Part shown: one piece after another, positions 16,549 through 29,350 of the stretch
How the letters are laid out: the number at the start of each line of letters is the position of its first letter
Position numbering within the stretch: the stretch's first letter is position 1
From: Dicyema japonicum
Lineage: Eukaryota; Animalia; Dicyemida
Direction of reading: 5' to 3'
NCBI GenBank assembly: GCA_011109175.1
Contig: RDEW01000024.1
Location: 487,240 to 551,239, forward strand
Length of the DNA: 64,000 bases
Position numbers and translations under genes: made by a program
Notes under the pieces: model-generated
Told to the model about the DNA's origin: nothing
Seen by the model: the letters and a program-made list of their open reading frames with translations, nothing else
Database searches by the model: none

Positions 16549-16870
16549 CGACACGTGGCGCCATGTGGTGCTACGCGGCTAATTGCTTTAAGTTTATGTT
16601 TGTTTATCTGTTTCTTCTTTCTCTTCCTATTAAAGTGGCGTCATGTGATCCACCTTTCCAAGTGAAGCCCAGTGCCTGGCGGGCACAAAAAAGGATCATT
16701 TGCTATTCCCAACTTCACTGGAGGGGTTTCCACAACTGCAAGTATGGACGTCTCTTTCCTTTATGTTGATTCCGGATGGACTCTGTTTCTGTAGAAGTGG
16801 AAACTGGATACACTTAATTAGTTGTTTACTTTAACTTTTTTCTCGGTGTATCCGGGGTTAATAAATAAAT
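16549..16870 (+). repeat. Family A SINE-like element, full length (~320 bp)
   Basis: Starts acacgtggcgccatgtgg, has a pyrimidine tract, core cactggaggggtttccacaactgca..gtagaagtggaaactggatacac..gtgtatccgggg and a (TAAA)n tail. Confidence 0.92.
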
Positions 16871-16959
16871 ATTAAGTATTTTAATGAAATCGTTTTTAAA
16901 GTCCAGGCCGTCACGGGAACGCGCTGTCGTCTTGTGCAATCAACTTTTAAAACCGACGG

Positions 16960-17650
16960 TAGACTATTCTGAGGATACTTCAGCAATTGCTCAACGTACT
17001 CCCACACAAATTTCCGAAATGGTTCTTATCAGTAAATCCCGACAAAACGGAGTTTTACAACGCTTTCACGTAATGATCGGAGATCGGACGAGAGGCAAAC
17101 ATATGGTTGGATCACTTCTAGGAAACTCTGAAAATGTTACTCGTGGGAAGATCCTTGTTATGAGTGCAATACAAAAATTTCGTTAATATGGACCACAAGA
17201 AAAGGATAGGATTAAGCACCAGGCTTATAACATACAAAGCTTTTGTCATCCCTGTACTACCTACAACTCTAAGATTTGGGGAATTTCTAAACGGGAAATG
17301 GACCGTCTTGACTCTTTCCACAGAGCTCACCTTAAATCAAGATCAACTGGCTTATTAAGATCTCTAATGCAAATCCAGCGCGCTGTCAGATGATATTTTC
17401 AAAACAAGATTGCCACGTGTTACGTCTAATAACCAGGTCTCCGCAAACTATTTTACTCACACAGAACTGAATTCAGTGGAAGACCAAGAACGACACTTCC
17501 TATTATCTGGAATGAAGACTTATCGGTTAATATGAGACTAACTTCGTCGGACGACCTGGAGGACCTGAGAGCACTAACGCGCAACAGAAGAAAATGGTCG
17601 AAGCTGACGAGAGGATGATTCGGAATACGACACAAGGGAGACTTAATAAA
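16960..17650 (+). mobile_element. RTE-clade LINE C-terminal remnant
   Basis: GSLLGNSE, YKAFVIPVL, SFHRAHL, GRPRTTLPIIWNEDL..LRALTRNRRKW. Confidence 0.7.
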
Positions 17651-17689
17651 CTATATGTTTTCTCGGGAGTGCTTTTTGGTTCAAGTGGT

Positions 17690-18300
17690 GACGTCCCACT
17701 ATTTTCACTTATATCTGATTTACGCTCGGATGTATCCAATGTAATTACTATCCTTACCTTCAATGCCAGAGATCTTAACGACCCGCCGAAGAAGCCCTTT
17801 TGTCCGGATTTAGGGAATCTCATAGCTCTAAGAGAGGGGAATTGACTCATCCACATAAGGGAATTTTGGTCTCTCCTAGGACTGAAATGGCCAAAGCAAA
17901 TAAAGACTGAAGTCTCATACAAAAGATGCCTCACTGGACCCATCAACATGTCAGTCATGGAGTCACACTGGAATCTGCCACATCGAATGGCTCTTGCCGA
18001 AATATTTAACGACGATCTGAAGTTCGTTAAGAAATCAGCTCTTCAGTTTCAATTCCTCTCAGAAGAATCCACGAAGAACCATAGCCGAGGTTTCCTGCGT
18101 TTCTGCAAAAAATCAAAAACCCATTGCATACTCAGGGAAACGCTGGTTAGTTCTAAAAAGGACACATAGATAGAGTTTTGCGCATTTGCGGAGGCTACAT
18201 CAGTCTACAATTGGGAACCACAAGAGAACATAAAAGAGAGTCAGGAGATTACTAAAAATAGAGATCAGTTATTAGAGGGCGATCCTAAATTTTACGATCA
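17690..18300 (+). mobile_element. LINE C-terminal remnant related to 56580-57130
   Basis: Shared SEESTKNHSRGFL / SEESTRNHSRGFL peptide. Confidence 0.45.
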
Positions 18301-18819
18301 CTGCCGACGCACATTTATGGAACAATTGATAATTGCAAATTGAACAAAGCTCGAGACCCCGAACCAAAAAGATTCCTTATATCAAGATTGACAAAAACTT
18401 ATTGGAGTGTTTAAACTGTGTCATTAGCCAATGGGTTAAAAGAACTCTATAATTTCTATGGATCAAATTTCTACTCTTATTTATGCTGGTCAAGCTACAT
18501 GTCAGATTATTTCAGTGAAAAAATGAGCCATCAAAATAAAATGAGAATATAAGTAGAAAAATCGAAAAGTGGAAATCCTTTTTTTTGCTAATTAAAAAAA
18601 ATTTTATAAAGACTTTGTCATCAGAGGAAAAACCTATGGCCTACCACGCATTATCCTTAGTAAGATACTAAAAATCAAGGTGAAAGAGGGAGGATTATTT
18701 CGTACATTGAAGATAAAATTAAAATTCTCGAAAAGAAATTGTGTGTATCTGAGTCCCGCGAAAAATTCCGCCTTGATAATCTAAACTTCGAATTAAATCT
18801 AAGATCATTTTACAGAAAC

Positions 18820-19410
18820 CTAATCCCTACGGCAAATAATGTTACTGCGTCTATTGATAATGAAAAATGTGCAGACTTTTGGAAAGACGTTTGAAAAAAA
18901 AATGTATGTTTAGAGAGGGTCAATTTTGAAAAAAGAATAACCGGCGTCGAGAATGTATTTGTTGGATTTAATAGAAATGAGTTTAATAAAACAATTAAAT
19001 ATCTGCCTAACTGGAAAGCCCCAGGCTGCGATGGAGTTTTCAACTTTTTTGTTAAGAAGTTCACGTCTTTGCATGACTCAATATTTAATGTGATGAGTAG
19101 AGTTGTGGAAGGAAAATGTGTGCCTGGAAAGTGGTTTTTCAGTGGACTCACTTATTTGATCCCAAAATGCACTGCCCCTGAGTCTCCAAAAGATTTCCGC
19201 CCGATTACATGCATCTTTATATAAACTCATGATGAAATGCATTAATATGACGGAAGCATTTGATCTACTTACTGAAAATCAAATCGGCACTAGGAGGAGA
19301 TGCCAAGGTGCTAAGGAACAGGCTCTGGTGAATTAGTCATTTAACAGAGTCAACAGATTTGGACTTTATGCAGCATGGATTGACGTTAAAAAGGCTTTCG
19401 ACTCAGTAAC
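18820..19410 (+). mobile_element. R4/Dong-like non-LTR retrotransposon RT remnant
   Basis: LPNWKAPGCDGVFNFFVKKFTSLH, GLTYLIPK, FRPITC, ENQIG..GAKEQAL, AWIDVKKAFDSV. Confidence 0.75.
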
Positions 19411-19499
19411 CATGATTTTCTCTTTGATGTCAATTGTGGATTGTTAACGTAATTAAAATACGTTTTCCGTCTCCACTGTCCGGGTCAACTGGTTCAGGT

Positions 19500-19750
19500 A
19501 TAAAGGGATATTTAGCAGATTCCAAATGGTTCAGGTATTAAGAGATATCCAGCAGATTTCAGGACTCGGTTAACAATTCCGTTAATTGCCTTATGTCTTG
19601 GAATCGTCCTGCACTTCTTCTGCAAGAAATGGAATGATGCCCATAACAGTCGAGCATACATATTCAGGTTATCAATAAAAAGAAGGTAATTTGTACTGAA
19701 ACAAACATCCTCACAATGAACTGATATTTGCTCAAACCGTTCATTTAAGC
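19500..19750 (-). mobile_element. R4-like RT fragment, inverted relative to its neighbour
   Basis: STNYLLFIDNLNMYA resembles the R4 NHLLFxDDLKL motif. Confidence 0.4.
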
Positions 19751-19759
19751 AATGACTCA

Positions 19760-20050
19760 ACGGCTTTGGCATCGATCGATATACAGAAGGCTATCGACTC
19801 TGGGGACACTTAACGAAGAAGATCTTAAATTCAAATTTACATCCGAACATCATGCTATGGGTGAAAAGTTTTTTTTAACTGGTGGAGGAAGAAGAGTCCG
19901 GATCAATAAGACTTTTTCAAAATTAAGGATACTCCCACACGGGGTCACAAAAGGTTCCCCTTTATCTCCGTTCCTATTTAACTTATTTCTACACGACTTG
20001 CCTACTACCATAGATCAGGACACTATGTTTTACCTTACGCAGACTTTAAT
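19760..20050 (+). mobile_element. I/jockey-group RT fragment
   Basis: LPHGVTKGSPLSPFLFNLFLHDLP. Confidence 0.65.
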
Positions 20051-20126
20051 TATCTACACAAGGGATCTCTTATCGGTTGAGCTGGTGACGTGGCTCTGTT
20101 ACACATGTTTAAAAAAAACTTATTAT

Positions 20127-20780
20127 ACAATCGAGAACTCAGGCTAATGACGTTTAACGTACGTGGAATCTCGAAAGATTGGACAAGGAAAGTACTTTGT
20201 GAAGATTTTGAGAAATACAAAATATTCATTGGCTGCCTACAAAAGACAAAAATCGAAAATGGACCCCGGTTAGCTCGAGGAATTCTACTCAGAACTATCG
20301 AGCACATACTCTAATAATGCTTCCTCGTCCTTGTCTTTGTTGCGGGAGATATGAATACAAAGGCCGAACGAATGGGACCCGAAGAATCCTCTATTAAAAG
20401 ACACGGGCGCGGAAGGAGAAATGCATCTGGAGCCTCTCTAATGAACTTCTGCGAGGCAAATAGCCTTTCCTGTGCAACACGGCCTACGCACTCAGCTTGA
20501 CACAAGACGACATGGCACAGACAAAGAAAAAACTCTCTCGAGGAGACGTGAATATATAATCAAATCGACTACATTATCTGCCGAAAGTCTGATAAACACC
20601 TGATAAATGATGCACGTCTTCCTACCAGGGAACAACAACGACAGCGACATAGGATCGTTATTGCANAAATCCCAAAAAATATGGGTCAAGGACTTTCTAT
20701 AGTGTTTCCCTCCTAGAGAGGAGATCTCCTTCGACCTCAGCTTTCCGGACAATGCACTTTGGATCAGTCAGTTTACGGAT
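20127..20780 (+). mobile_element. RTE-clade apurinic endonuclease remnant
   Basis: LMTFNVRGI..IGCLQKTK, VAGDMNTK..GRGRRNASGASLMNFCE, NQIDYIICR. Confidence 0.75.
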
Positions 20781-21289
20781 CCGGTTAATTATAGATTTAC
20801 TCTGTATAGTCGATTTCATTAGGATTTCAGGCGAATCGTAGATGCAATTGCCTGTATTGAATAACCCTTTAATTTTTTTGATTTTGAGGCCAAACCTCTC
20901 GGTTTAAAAAAATATTATTTTATTTAAAAAAATAAATAAGTTAATTAAATAATCTAAAAAAATTAATTCGAGTGTCACTTTGCGATTAAAAATGCGATTC
21001 CATTCTACCAACCGATGGGAAAATATTTTACTGTACAACAAAAAAACTTAACAGATAAAATCTTTTGTATGCATAAATTGATTTATTAAATTGTCTGATT
21101 AATTGTAGGAAGTCAAAGGACACAACATAGATTGTCACAGTCCGTTGAAGGAAACGCCGTTGGAGGAATGTCTAGCTTATTTCCAAAAAATAATTACACA
21201 AAATAAATAGAGGATATTTATTAGATTTGTTATAAAAAAAAACTAAAAAATATTCTTTTTTTAAATAATTAACAACACGAGATAAATCA

Positions 21290-21620
21290 TTTTTGTGGGT
21301 TTCTATAAACTGATAACACAAGAACTGAACGAAATTAAGATACTTCAGTCGCAAGATGTAGTGCCGTGCGATATTAGGCCTAAACAAAGAATGAAAATCA
21401 GATTTTTGGTAAAAATGTTAACATTTCAGGATGAAAACTGTTATTTCATTGCAGATAATGTAAAACTCCGATTTTTTACAATTCAAAAGAAAGAACTGAA
21501 AATGATCGAGGTAGTATTTTCATGATAGTAGTATGAACATCAATTGATCCATTTCGGACGCGATCGACTATACAGTCTCCTAGAAGTAAAATCTACAAAA
21601 TTCCGAGACTTGATGTCGGT
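21290..21620 (+). mobile_element. Ginger/KRABA2-like integrase N-terminal remnant
   Basis: HQLIHFGRDRLYSLL..PR resembles the integrase HHCC region. Confidence 0.35.
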
Positions 21621-22299
21621 AAAGATCGATGAAGAAATTATAAAAATGAGAGACTATCTACTCCCGAGGTAAGATGAAGATGCAAATCCAAAAAGTTTAT
21701 CAAATTTTGGTTAAAAATATTTGATCATCTAAGCAATTCTCGAAGTATGCATAATAAAAAGCATACACTCAAAAAATATAAGTATCAAACACTCCGCGGC
21801 CGAAGACCTCATAGGGGGGATTGCTGCCATCTTTAAGTCTGAATTTTGGTTAGGATTTGCCCTATATTTTTAATAAAAGTCAGTATCAACCTCTCCGAGG
21901 CCGAAGGCCGCATAGGAGAAACCCTGAATTTTGATTTGGGTTTGTTTTTAGGAATTGTTTTAAAACCATTTTTGATATGATCATGATCAAAAAACAAAAT
22001 TCCTACAACGGACGGTGACAGAATGACCAACTAATTTTTAAATGCAATGTAGAGCATTAAAATCGTAAACTTCCAATGTTCACGAAATACATTAAGTTCA
22101 CTTGTTATAAAGATTTAATGTTAGCTGACGATACTCACTCTCTGGATGCATGAACCTTGTGGAAAATATCACTACAGTGAACAACGACTTTTGCCTCAGT
22201 ACTATTTTCTAGTTAATTCAATAATTACCGCGTAAATCACCACGACAATTGGGTCACTAAAAATGACAGATTTTACGAAGCCAGAAAACATCTGGTGGA

Positions 22300-22480
22300 A
22301 CTAGCGCCTGATTTGATCTGCGAAGATCTATCCTTGGCCCCCAAGCAGATGAGTTGGTTCGTAAAATCGGCTCCATGATTCAAGCTGTAACCAAGGATCC
22401 GCGAGAGACTGGTTGGTTCCGAGAACGTATCTCGTTGGCTATTGTTGGGGGAAATAGCATGGCCATTCAAATGCCTTAAT
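22300..22480 (+). mobile_element. CRE-clade endonuclease C-terminal fragment
   Basis: ELVRKIGSMIQAVTKDPRETGWFRERISLAIVGGNS. Confidence 0.65.
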
Positions 22481-23789
22481 TTAATTTTTATTCATTTGAT
22501 AATAAAAATAAAATTAAATGAAGGATAAAACGGAGAAATAGCACGTGAATAACTATTTTTCTAGAAAAAAGAGTTATCGATTTACATTGCTGAATTTAAC
22601 TTAAAATAAAAGACCAATCAAACGTTTTCAATGGCCGAATTGATTTTTTAAATCTCATTTTTGGTATTTCTTCCTCCGTTGATAGACCACTCTGAACCTG
22701 TCTCCTTAGCCTTTGAAATGAAAAATCTGCTCGTTTACCGATCAGCCGTTATAACTGTCTAAGAACCTTATGGTTACAGAATATTGACTCAAGACTTATG
22801 AAAACTATCAAAATCAGGTTTCCCCACCTTATGAGAACTTTCAAAATTAGAACATGCGTAAACAATTGATTATAAACCCATTCCCATTAAATTTGTTAGT
22901 CAATCAAGGAAGCGAAATTAAAGAGGTTAGCTGTAAATTTCGTCCTTTAAATTAGTGATTAAAATACATGAATGCGTTTACGATATTCATTGTATTGTAG
23001 TCCTCCGAGTAGTATTATACCTAAGATCCCCAAAATAGTAACGGTGATAATAATTATGGTAGAGTTCGGTAAAGAGCCTCCATGCCCATGAAAATAATTA
23101 TAAAAATGTCTTGCTGTAATTTGAGAAAAGGTGTCTGTGAAGAATATTATTGAGAGAAATGATGAAAATAACTAAAATGCTAAATTTAAAATACAAACGA
23201 CAATTCTCATGAAATTGGGTTAAAATGTCACTTTTATTCAAATTTTTAGTGACATTTTTTATTGGATAAAATTAAGTGTGATTATTTAAACAATATTTAT
23301 TTTTATATATTTATTTCATTAATAGAACAATTAAAAAAACATTTTTTCTTAAAAAAAGAACAGTGATTACATGGCTGAATTTCTAGTTTCCTAAATCAGA
23401 AGATATGAGAATATCTCTCCATTCCTTTGTCTTACGTTGTCTGACTATCCGTTCTTCGAACACCAGATTTCCGATTGTTTCATAAGTCAATCACTTCCAT
23501 GCCCATGTGAATGGAAACAAAGGCTAAGTAGACGTTTTGTGAAATAATTATATGTCCCCAATCTTGACTCACTCCTCCTGTTTTAGACGATGACCTCCAA
23601 CGTCTTGGGATGCTTTTGATACCTTTTTGATGGCAAGTAAATCGATTATTTTTTAGTAAACTTGTGTTAGACGATTGACAATAGAAATGAAATAAAATAC
23701 GTGAAAAATTTATCTGTGACTAAACAAATAATTAGTAATAAAAATTAATGCCTTGACTATAAATACGAAAAAGAAAATATTTTCGAAAT

Positions 23790-24928
23790 ATGGAGAATAG
23801 TATTATTGAAACTTTGAAAAACTTATTGAACGAAGAAAATTTGCAAATTGAGATGTATACAATATAATATATTCTAATAGATTCATCCCAACTGATTATA
23901 CAATAGTAAAAGAAATTGGAAATGGATCATTTGGAAAAGTCACATTATATTAATAAATAGGTTGATTTGTGCAAAGACAAAAACCTAAACAAATGCGCAG
24001 TGAGACTTCATAGTCTTACGGCTTCAGTCGACTTGCAAAGAATAATAAATGAAGTGAAAGTATTTGATTTAGTCACAAAAACAAATAATATTTTTTGTCC
24101 ACCTAAAGTCATATTATTTTGATAATGTTGGGATTCTATTAATTGTTAGTCTAATCTCTTCCTTCCAATGGAGTACATGCAGATGGGTGATTTAGAACGT
24201 TTAATGCAAAAGCAACGTTTCTCTTATAGACAAATAAAGTTTTACTCAGCTGTGTAGCTCTTGGAGTAGAGTTCTTGCATGCTAACAAGATCATCCATAG
24301 TTTTTACTTTTGTAAATTTTAGCGATCTTAAGTTACAGAATCTAATGTTGGGAACTGACGGTTATGTGAAAATAACTAATTTTCATTTGAGTAAAATTAA
24401 CGACAGTCGTAAATCATTTTGTCATTCAAACTATGGATCACCTCACTATTTTTCTCCCGAAATACTGAGATACAATAAAATTTCCTATAGTGCTGATTGG
24501 TGTCCCTTGGGTATAATAATTTATTACATGTACTTTGGAAAAGTATAGTTTACTTTATTAATTTTAGCTTCCGTATTTTAAAACGAATACTCGCGAACTT
24601 TACTGGGATATTCTACATCACAATCCTCGCTTCCCTATGATGTCGAATGTGAAATGTAGGAATTTAATATCAAAGGTTTTGAATTTGTTGAATCTCAGTT
24701 ATTAATTAAATCTCCTCACGATAGACTAGGATTTTTAAATGATGATGATGTACTTAAACATCCTTTTTTCAAAGTAGAATTCATAAAATAATATTCAGAG
24801 TTTTAATTTTAAGTCGATTCGTGACAAAAAGTTTAATCCCGATGAATACATTCAAGTATTCTAATTGTTTGTAATTTTAGGGGAAGAAATTTTCGCGCAA
24901 ACTACGATCGATGTACTGCTGTTTATGA
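23790..24928 (+). CDS. AGC-family (PKC/PKN-like) pseudokinase, copy 1; 8 introns; several 1-2 nt deletions
   Basis: MENSII..IGNGSFGKV..CAVRLH..NEVKV..HSDLKLQN..ITNFHLS..GSPHYFSPE..LGIIIY..PHDRLG..LRSMYCCL*; indels at ~24090, ~24250, ~24300. Confidence 0.8.
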
Positions 24929-25029
24929 TTAACTAATTATTATAATTTATAATTAATTTGTAGTTCTTTTATTTAGTTTTAATTATGAATTTAATTTTTT
25001 TCATATTGATTAATTGAAAGAAAAACTAT

Positions 25030-25410
25030 GGATTGACTGTTTCATTAGTTACTTTCGATATCATTGATTCAAGTAATGTTAGAAAAGTGACCGTCTTGTT
25101 CTTGAAAACTCTACTCGTTTCGACGACAACGGTCCGTACGTGGAATCCGGTGGAGAGGCTGTCGTATTTTCTTTTATTGAAATTCTCGAAAGTTCAAGCA
25201 GCCCCTTCAGCTTTCAACGCGGAACCAGAAGTCTCTACTGGGAAAAGTTGTTGGTGCAGGCCTCATCCCAAATCAAGCATTTCCCCGATAGAAAAGAAAG
25301 CCAGTTATTCGGTTCCCGTCTTCACAATCCAGGCCCCACCGATTCACAGATTACGGAATTTGCCGCCAAAGAGCGCTTCACAACCCGTCGATGGCGCATG
25401 CCTCTAAAAT
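25030..25410 (+). repeat. Family C unclassified repeat (also 36295-36670 minus and diverged 53790-54060 minus)
   Basis: Shared segment aaattctcgaaagt..ttcaacg..catcccaaatcaa..cacaacc(c)gt. Confidence 0.65.
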
Positions 25411-25509
25411 TGACCACTGCTGGTTACGACAAAAGAGCTATTAAAATTTAATTTAACTATTAAAAATGGTAATCCCTTTTAACAAAGTAAAATAAGTAAA
25501 TTATCTAAT

Positions 25510-26050
25510 TAAGCGGATTTAATCCAGATAATGGTAATCCCTTTCCACATAGAGAGTATGCTATCAACTCCCTGTTATTCCTCATCTCCAAGTCAGTCAA
25601 AATATTTCTGTCAGAGTCCAGTGAGTGTCCTGTCAGTTCCACAAGTCGAGAGGTAGCAGAGGTGTAATCTCCATCAGAAACCTTCATTCGTCTCTGTGCT
25701 CAATTAGCATGATCAAATAGCATTTTATGTAACTATTCCCTGATTTGTGAAGTGGAATATCGGCATTTAAAAATGCTTAACCAAAAAGATATCAAGTTTT
25801 TCTTCGATATCTTTATTAAGAATAAATTAAGTGGTCTCTACTTTTTTGATATTTTGTCTGATGTCTTTATTATTAAGATGTTGATCGATGTAGTATTGTT
25901 TAGATGATTTTACTATCTTAGAGCATTTTTGTCATAAAATTTCTTTTAGGTGTTCTTGTAAGTATGCACGAGTTTTTGGACAATTTCCGGCCTACTAATA
26001 ATTCTACATTATTTCTGTCGATTTTTGCAGGTATTTGGATCATTTTACAA
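25510..26050 (-). mobile_element. CGGBP1-like hAT transposase remnant, internally deleted (mirror copy 35650-36175 plus)
   Basis: FLNADIPLHKSGN; YTSATSRLVE..RNILTD resembles YAPxTSxDVERSFS..KNILSD. Confidence 0.45.
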
Positions 26051-26189
26051 AATATTTAAAATTTATCGAATAAATCAGAGAGTTTTTTAGATTACTTTGT
26101 TTACTGTTTTAATATCTTTCCTAGTACTATCTGAAGTTAATTAACATTTTTAATGATAAAAATAGACTTAAATATCTACTCATATTTAT

Positions 26190-26420
26190 TAGGATGTGGA
26201 CGGTCCCCATGAGACCATGCATATAAGAAACATGGCTTTATGTACTTTCCGTACATGTTCATCAGGACCGGATGAGTACCAATCTTTCAAATTCACTTTT
26301 TAGTACACTTAGTTTCTTTTCACACTTCACGAGAATATTATCTACGTGTGATGTAGACAGAGATGCATATCATGTGTCACACCAAAGATCTTTTGACATA
26401 CGTGAAACTGCTGAGGCAAC
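26190..26420 (-). mobile_element. I/jockey LINE post-RT fragment (mirror copy 35290-35520 plus)
   Basis: KIGTHPVLMNMYGKYIKPCF is nearly the same as GIWKIGTHPVLMNVYKQYIEPCF at 61460-61684. Confidence 0.7.
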
Positions 26421-26600
26421 GAATTGGGATTGCAGTTGTCCGCGGAAACGCTTACTCCTTAATGTCAGCAGCCGCTCTTCCCCATTATTATAATAAATAA
26501 TATATTATTGTTAAATAAAACGTGTTTTATAAAAAATAATTTGAATTAAATAATTTGTAAATTCGTGTGATATTACTTTGGCTTAAATAATAATAATAAT

Positions 26601-27305
26601 ATGGTTAGTACGTTTATACTTAATATTTTTAAAGGGTTTAAAGGAATAAAGAGACATTTGAAATCAGTAAATGCTCCAAAAAGTGGGTGCTCAGTAAATT
26701 GGGTTGAGTGTTTGCCCCAAAGCCAAATAAAGCCTTCACAAACAGCGAGAGTGTATTCCGATGGCATTGGTACTTCAGGATACTTCAAATTTGCCCTTAA
26801 CTACCAGGAGACAAAGTAAATAGCCAAAAAAGGGTCGTAATGATCTACAAGATACCTGAACAGACCATCGCTTTCCGATCGGAATTATGGGTTTGCTTAG
26901 TTCTTTATGGCAGACTTGATCTCCCTCCCAAGCCGACTTCAATAGGAGAAGCTGAGGTATACAAAGATTCTCATCTCTCCAGGTGAAGCTCTGTAAGGTT
27001 AAGAAAACGATGATTGGACTTCAAAAGATCCCATATCTGTACACATAGGAAGGTCGGACAATTCGTTTTCCAAATCCAGCAGTAAAGGCTAACGACACTA
27101 TAATGTTCCATTTGGCCACGGGGGAAATTAGGGACCACACAAGTATGGATAAAAATTGAGTTATTCTTTATCTCTAGGGAATCTATGCAGCATAACCGGG
27201 GGACGTGGTTAGTCTTTAATACATGGGACAAGGAATGCTTCTGTGAAGAGAAAACAGTTTTATCTCTAACCAAGGGTCACTACAGAAAAGGAATAAATCC
27301 TCATC
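26601..27305 (+). pseudogene. RPS4: Unprocessed (intron-retaining) 40S ribosomal protein eS4 pseudogene
   Basis: [85 protein letters not shown]; in-frame stops, internal deletions, 26-nt intron retained. Confidence 0.88.
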
Positions 27306-27409
27306 CATTTTTTAGCCATTTAAGATATTGGGGCAAACACTCACTTTCTCAATGCATGGCGCAGTTACAGAGAAAATAGTGATTATGGATAGCTTGGGAT
27401 TTTAAAATG

Positions 27410-28530
27410 GAGAATCTTCCAACGTGGATTGTTCTAACTAAAATTTGTAACTCTTGAGGACTAGCGGTTTCGAATGGGCTGAGATTATTCCAACAGGCAT
27501 TAAACGCACATGTACCACCCTCAGATTGCGAGACACTATCATCACTTATCTTTATTTAGATAATTTTACTCTTCTCAAAAAAAACAGTTAACTATATTAT
27601 CTAAAATTACTATTTGTTTAAAATAATCATTTCGCCAAGTCCTTAGAAATCGAATGCGTATTTACGCTCGAAGAGCGGAACAAATAGCCAAATATGCCTA
27701 CTGAAAACAATGTTATATAAATTCTTAGTCAAATAAGAATAATTTAACGATAATGACAAAGCTTTTGCTGAGGTCTTGAGGAGAATCTCACCTTCGATGT
27801 GGTATGTGATTCTTGCGACGTGTGGTAAAAATGTGAATAGAAATATCTGTTTTAACCCTTGTGGACTATAAAAGTCGAAACCCATTTTTATTCCATAAGC
27901 ACTACACAAACAGTACTTCGGGTGTGCATTTTAATACATGGCCGCATTAATCTGAATAAATGACGGGAAAATTCTAATCCTCTTTGTTTCTGGACTTTAT
28001 TAATCACAAATACAGTTTCAGTCAAATCCGCGTGGAATCCTCCGTGGAAGACAGTCAAATAGACTGCTTGTTAAATCACCGTTCAAAATATCTCAATCCT
28101 CAAAGGTCGGAGATCAGGAATTCCGAAACAGATGCACTCGTTACCGACCTACAAATCAGTACCATTCACACGTCCAATATATTTAGAGAATCCCCGGTAA
28201 TTTCGTCAGTTGTTAGCACGATGGCAACCGCATCGAGTGCTTTGTCAAGGAGTTGTCTACCAAGCTTAACTAATGTATGAAATGTACTTTGCCGGCTATT
28301 CTCATCTCCTGATATCTTCGTCATTGAGGATCACAATATCACGTGAAACTTTAAATTCACAACGAGAAGCCCCTTCATAGTAATTTGAATTTTTTAATTT
28401 AATTTTTTTCGCTTCCTAAAGAAACTCGGACACCTAGCTACACTAAAAAGCCACGACGCGCGTGATGCGAAGATTTCTCTAGTTGATCTCATGATTGGCG
28501 TATTCAGGCCTCATTTATTGGGTAGGGACA
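27410..28530 (-). pseudogene. METAP1: Unprocessed methionine aminopeptidase 1 pseudogene
   Basis: RPEYANH, ILNDEDIRR*RIAGK|LGRQLLD..TTDEI, ECICFGIPDLRPL..DILN, GFHADLTETVFV; stops, deletions, short introns retained. Confidence 0.8.
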
Positions 28531-28539
28531 TCTTTTAAG

Positions 28540-28670
28540 AGGAAAAAAGTTAAAGTAGACAACTAATTAAGTGTATCCAGTTTCCACTTCTACAGAAAGA
28601 GTCATCCGGAATCAACATAAAGGGTAAAAGACGTCTATACTTGCAGTTGTGGAAACCCCTCCAGTGGAGG
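28540..28670 (-). repeat. Family A 3'-half fragment
   Basis: gtgtatccagtttccacttctacag..gtggaaacccctccagtgg. Confidence 0.9.
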
Positions 28671-28899
28671 TAATTTTAATTTAAATAAGAAACAAAAAAA
28701 ATAAAAAAAAAATAAAAAAATAATAAAAATAAATAAATAAAAAAAATAAGAAACATGACAGTCTGGCTCAAAAATAATCTTTACAGAGGACTGGGTCAAA
28801 TATGTTATCATTTTCATACATCCTGATTGTCACTTAGTTTTAACAAACACGTTGAAGTGCTTTGAATCAAATTATAATGAAAATTCCTCCGAGTAATAG

Positions 28900-29350
28900 C
28901 TAAACACACGAACGGCCTGTAAAATGATGGCTTACCTTATTGTACAAGTAAATCATTAGGACGGCGTTAAACTATGCCTCTTCAATCTGGGTACCTTGCA
29001 TAGCGTTCTCCCTCCTATAAAAGTTGCGGCAGGTTCAAAACTCAGCATTGAACGCTGTAATTTGAGTGTTTGAAATCATCTCACGTCAAGCGCTTACATT
29101 AGGAGCAAAAGATTCTGTCTCTGGGTGACCACTTTGAATTGACGAAATTACAATTTCTTCGACTATCACTTGATCTGAAATATCCAACCATCCCATTCCT
29201 TTTATCCACAAACCTTAGACACATACGGATAAAATTAACTGATCACCAAAGAACACTAAAGAGAATCTTTCCTCTGACGAAAGACTAAACCAGGACTAAA
29301 TGTAAACATGACTTTGCATCTAGACGTGCAATCGAACTCTGGTAGAGAAC
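28900..29350 (+). mobile_element. CR1/L2-like LINE C-terminal remnant
   Basis: STNLRHIRIKL..TKCKHDFASRRAIELW resembles the CR1 TRGH..RxxFFxxRxxxxWN tail. Confidence 0.4.

Larger units (their letters stand above)
22551..26517. repeat. Left arm of a ~4 kb inverted segmental duplication
   Basis: Reverse-complement alignment with 35197-39201 from aactatttttctagaa to cccattattataataaataat..gttaaata; high identity by eye. Confidence 0.95.

Noticed and set aside
21791-21925. Two imperfect ~28-nt repeats containing ggccgaag
   Set aside because: Too short and diverged to support a feature
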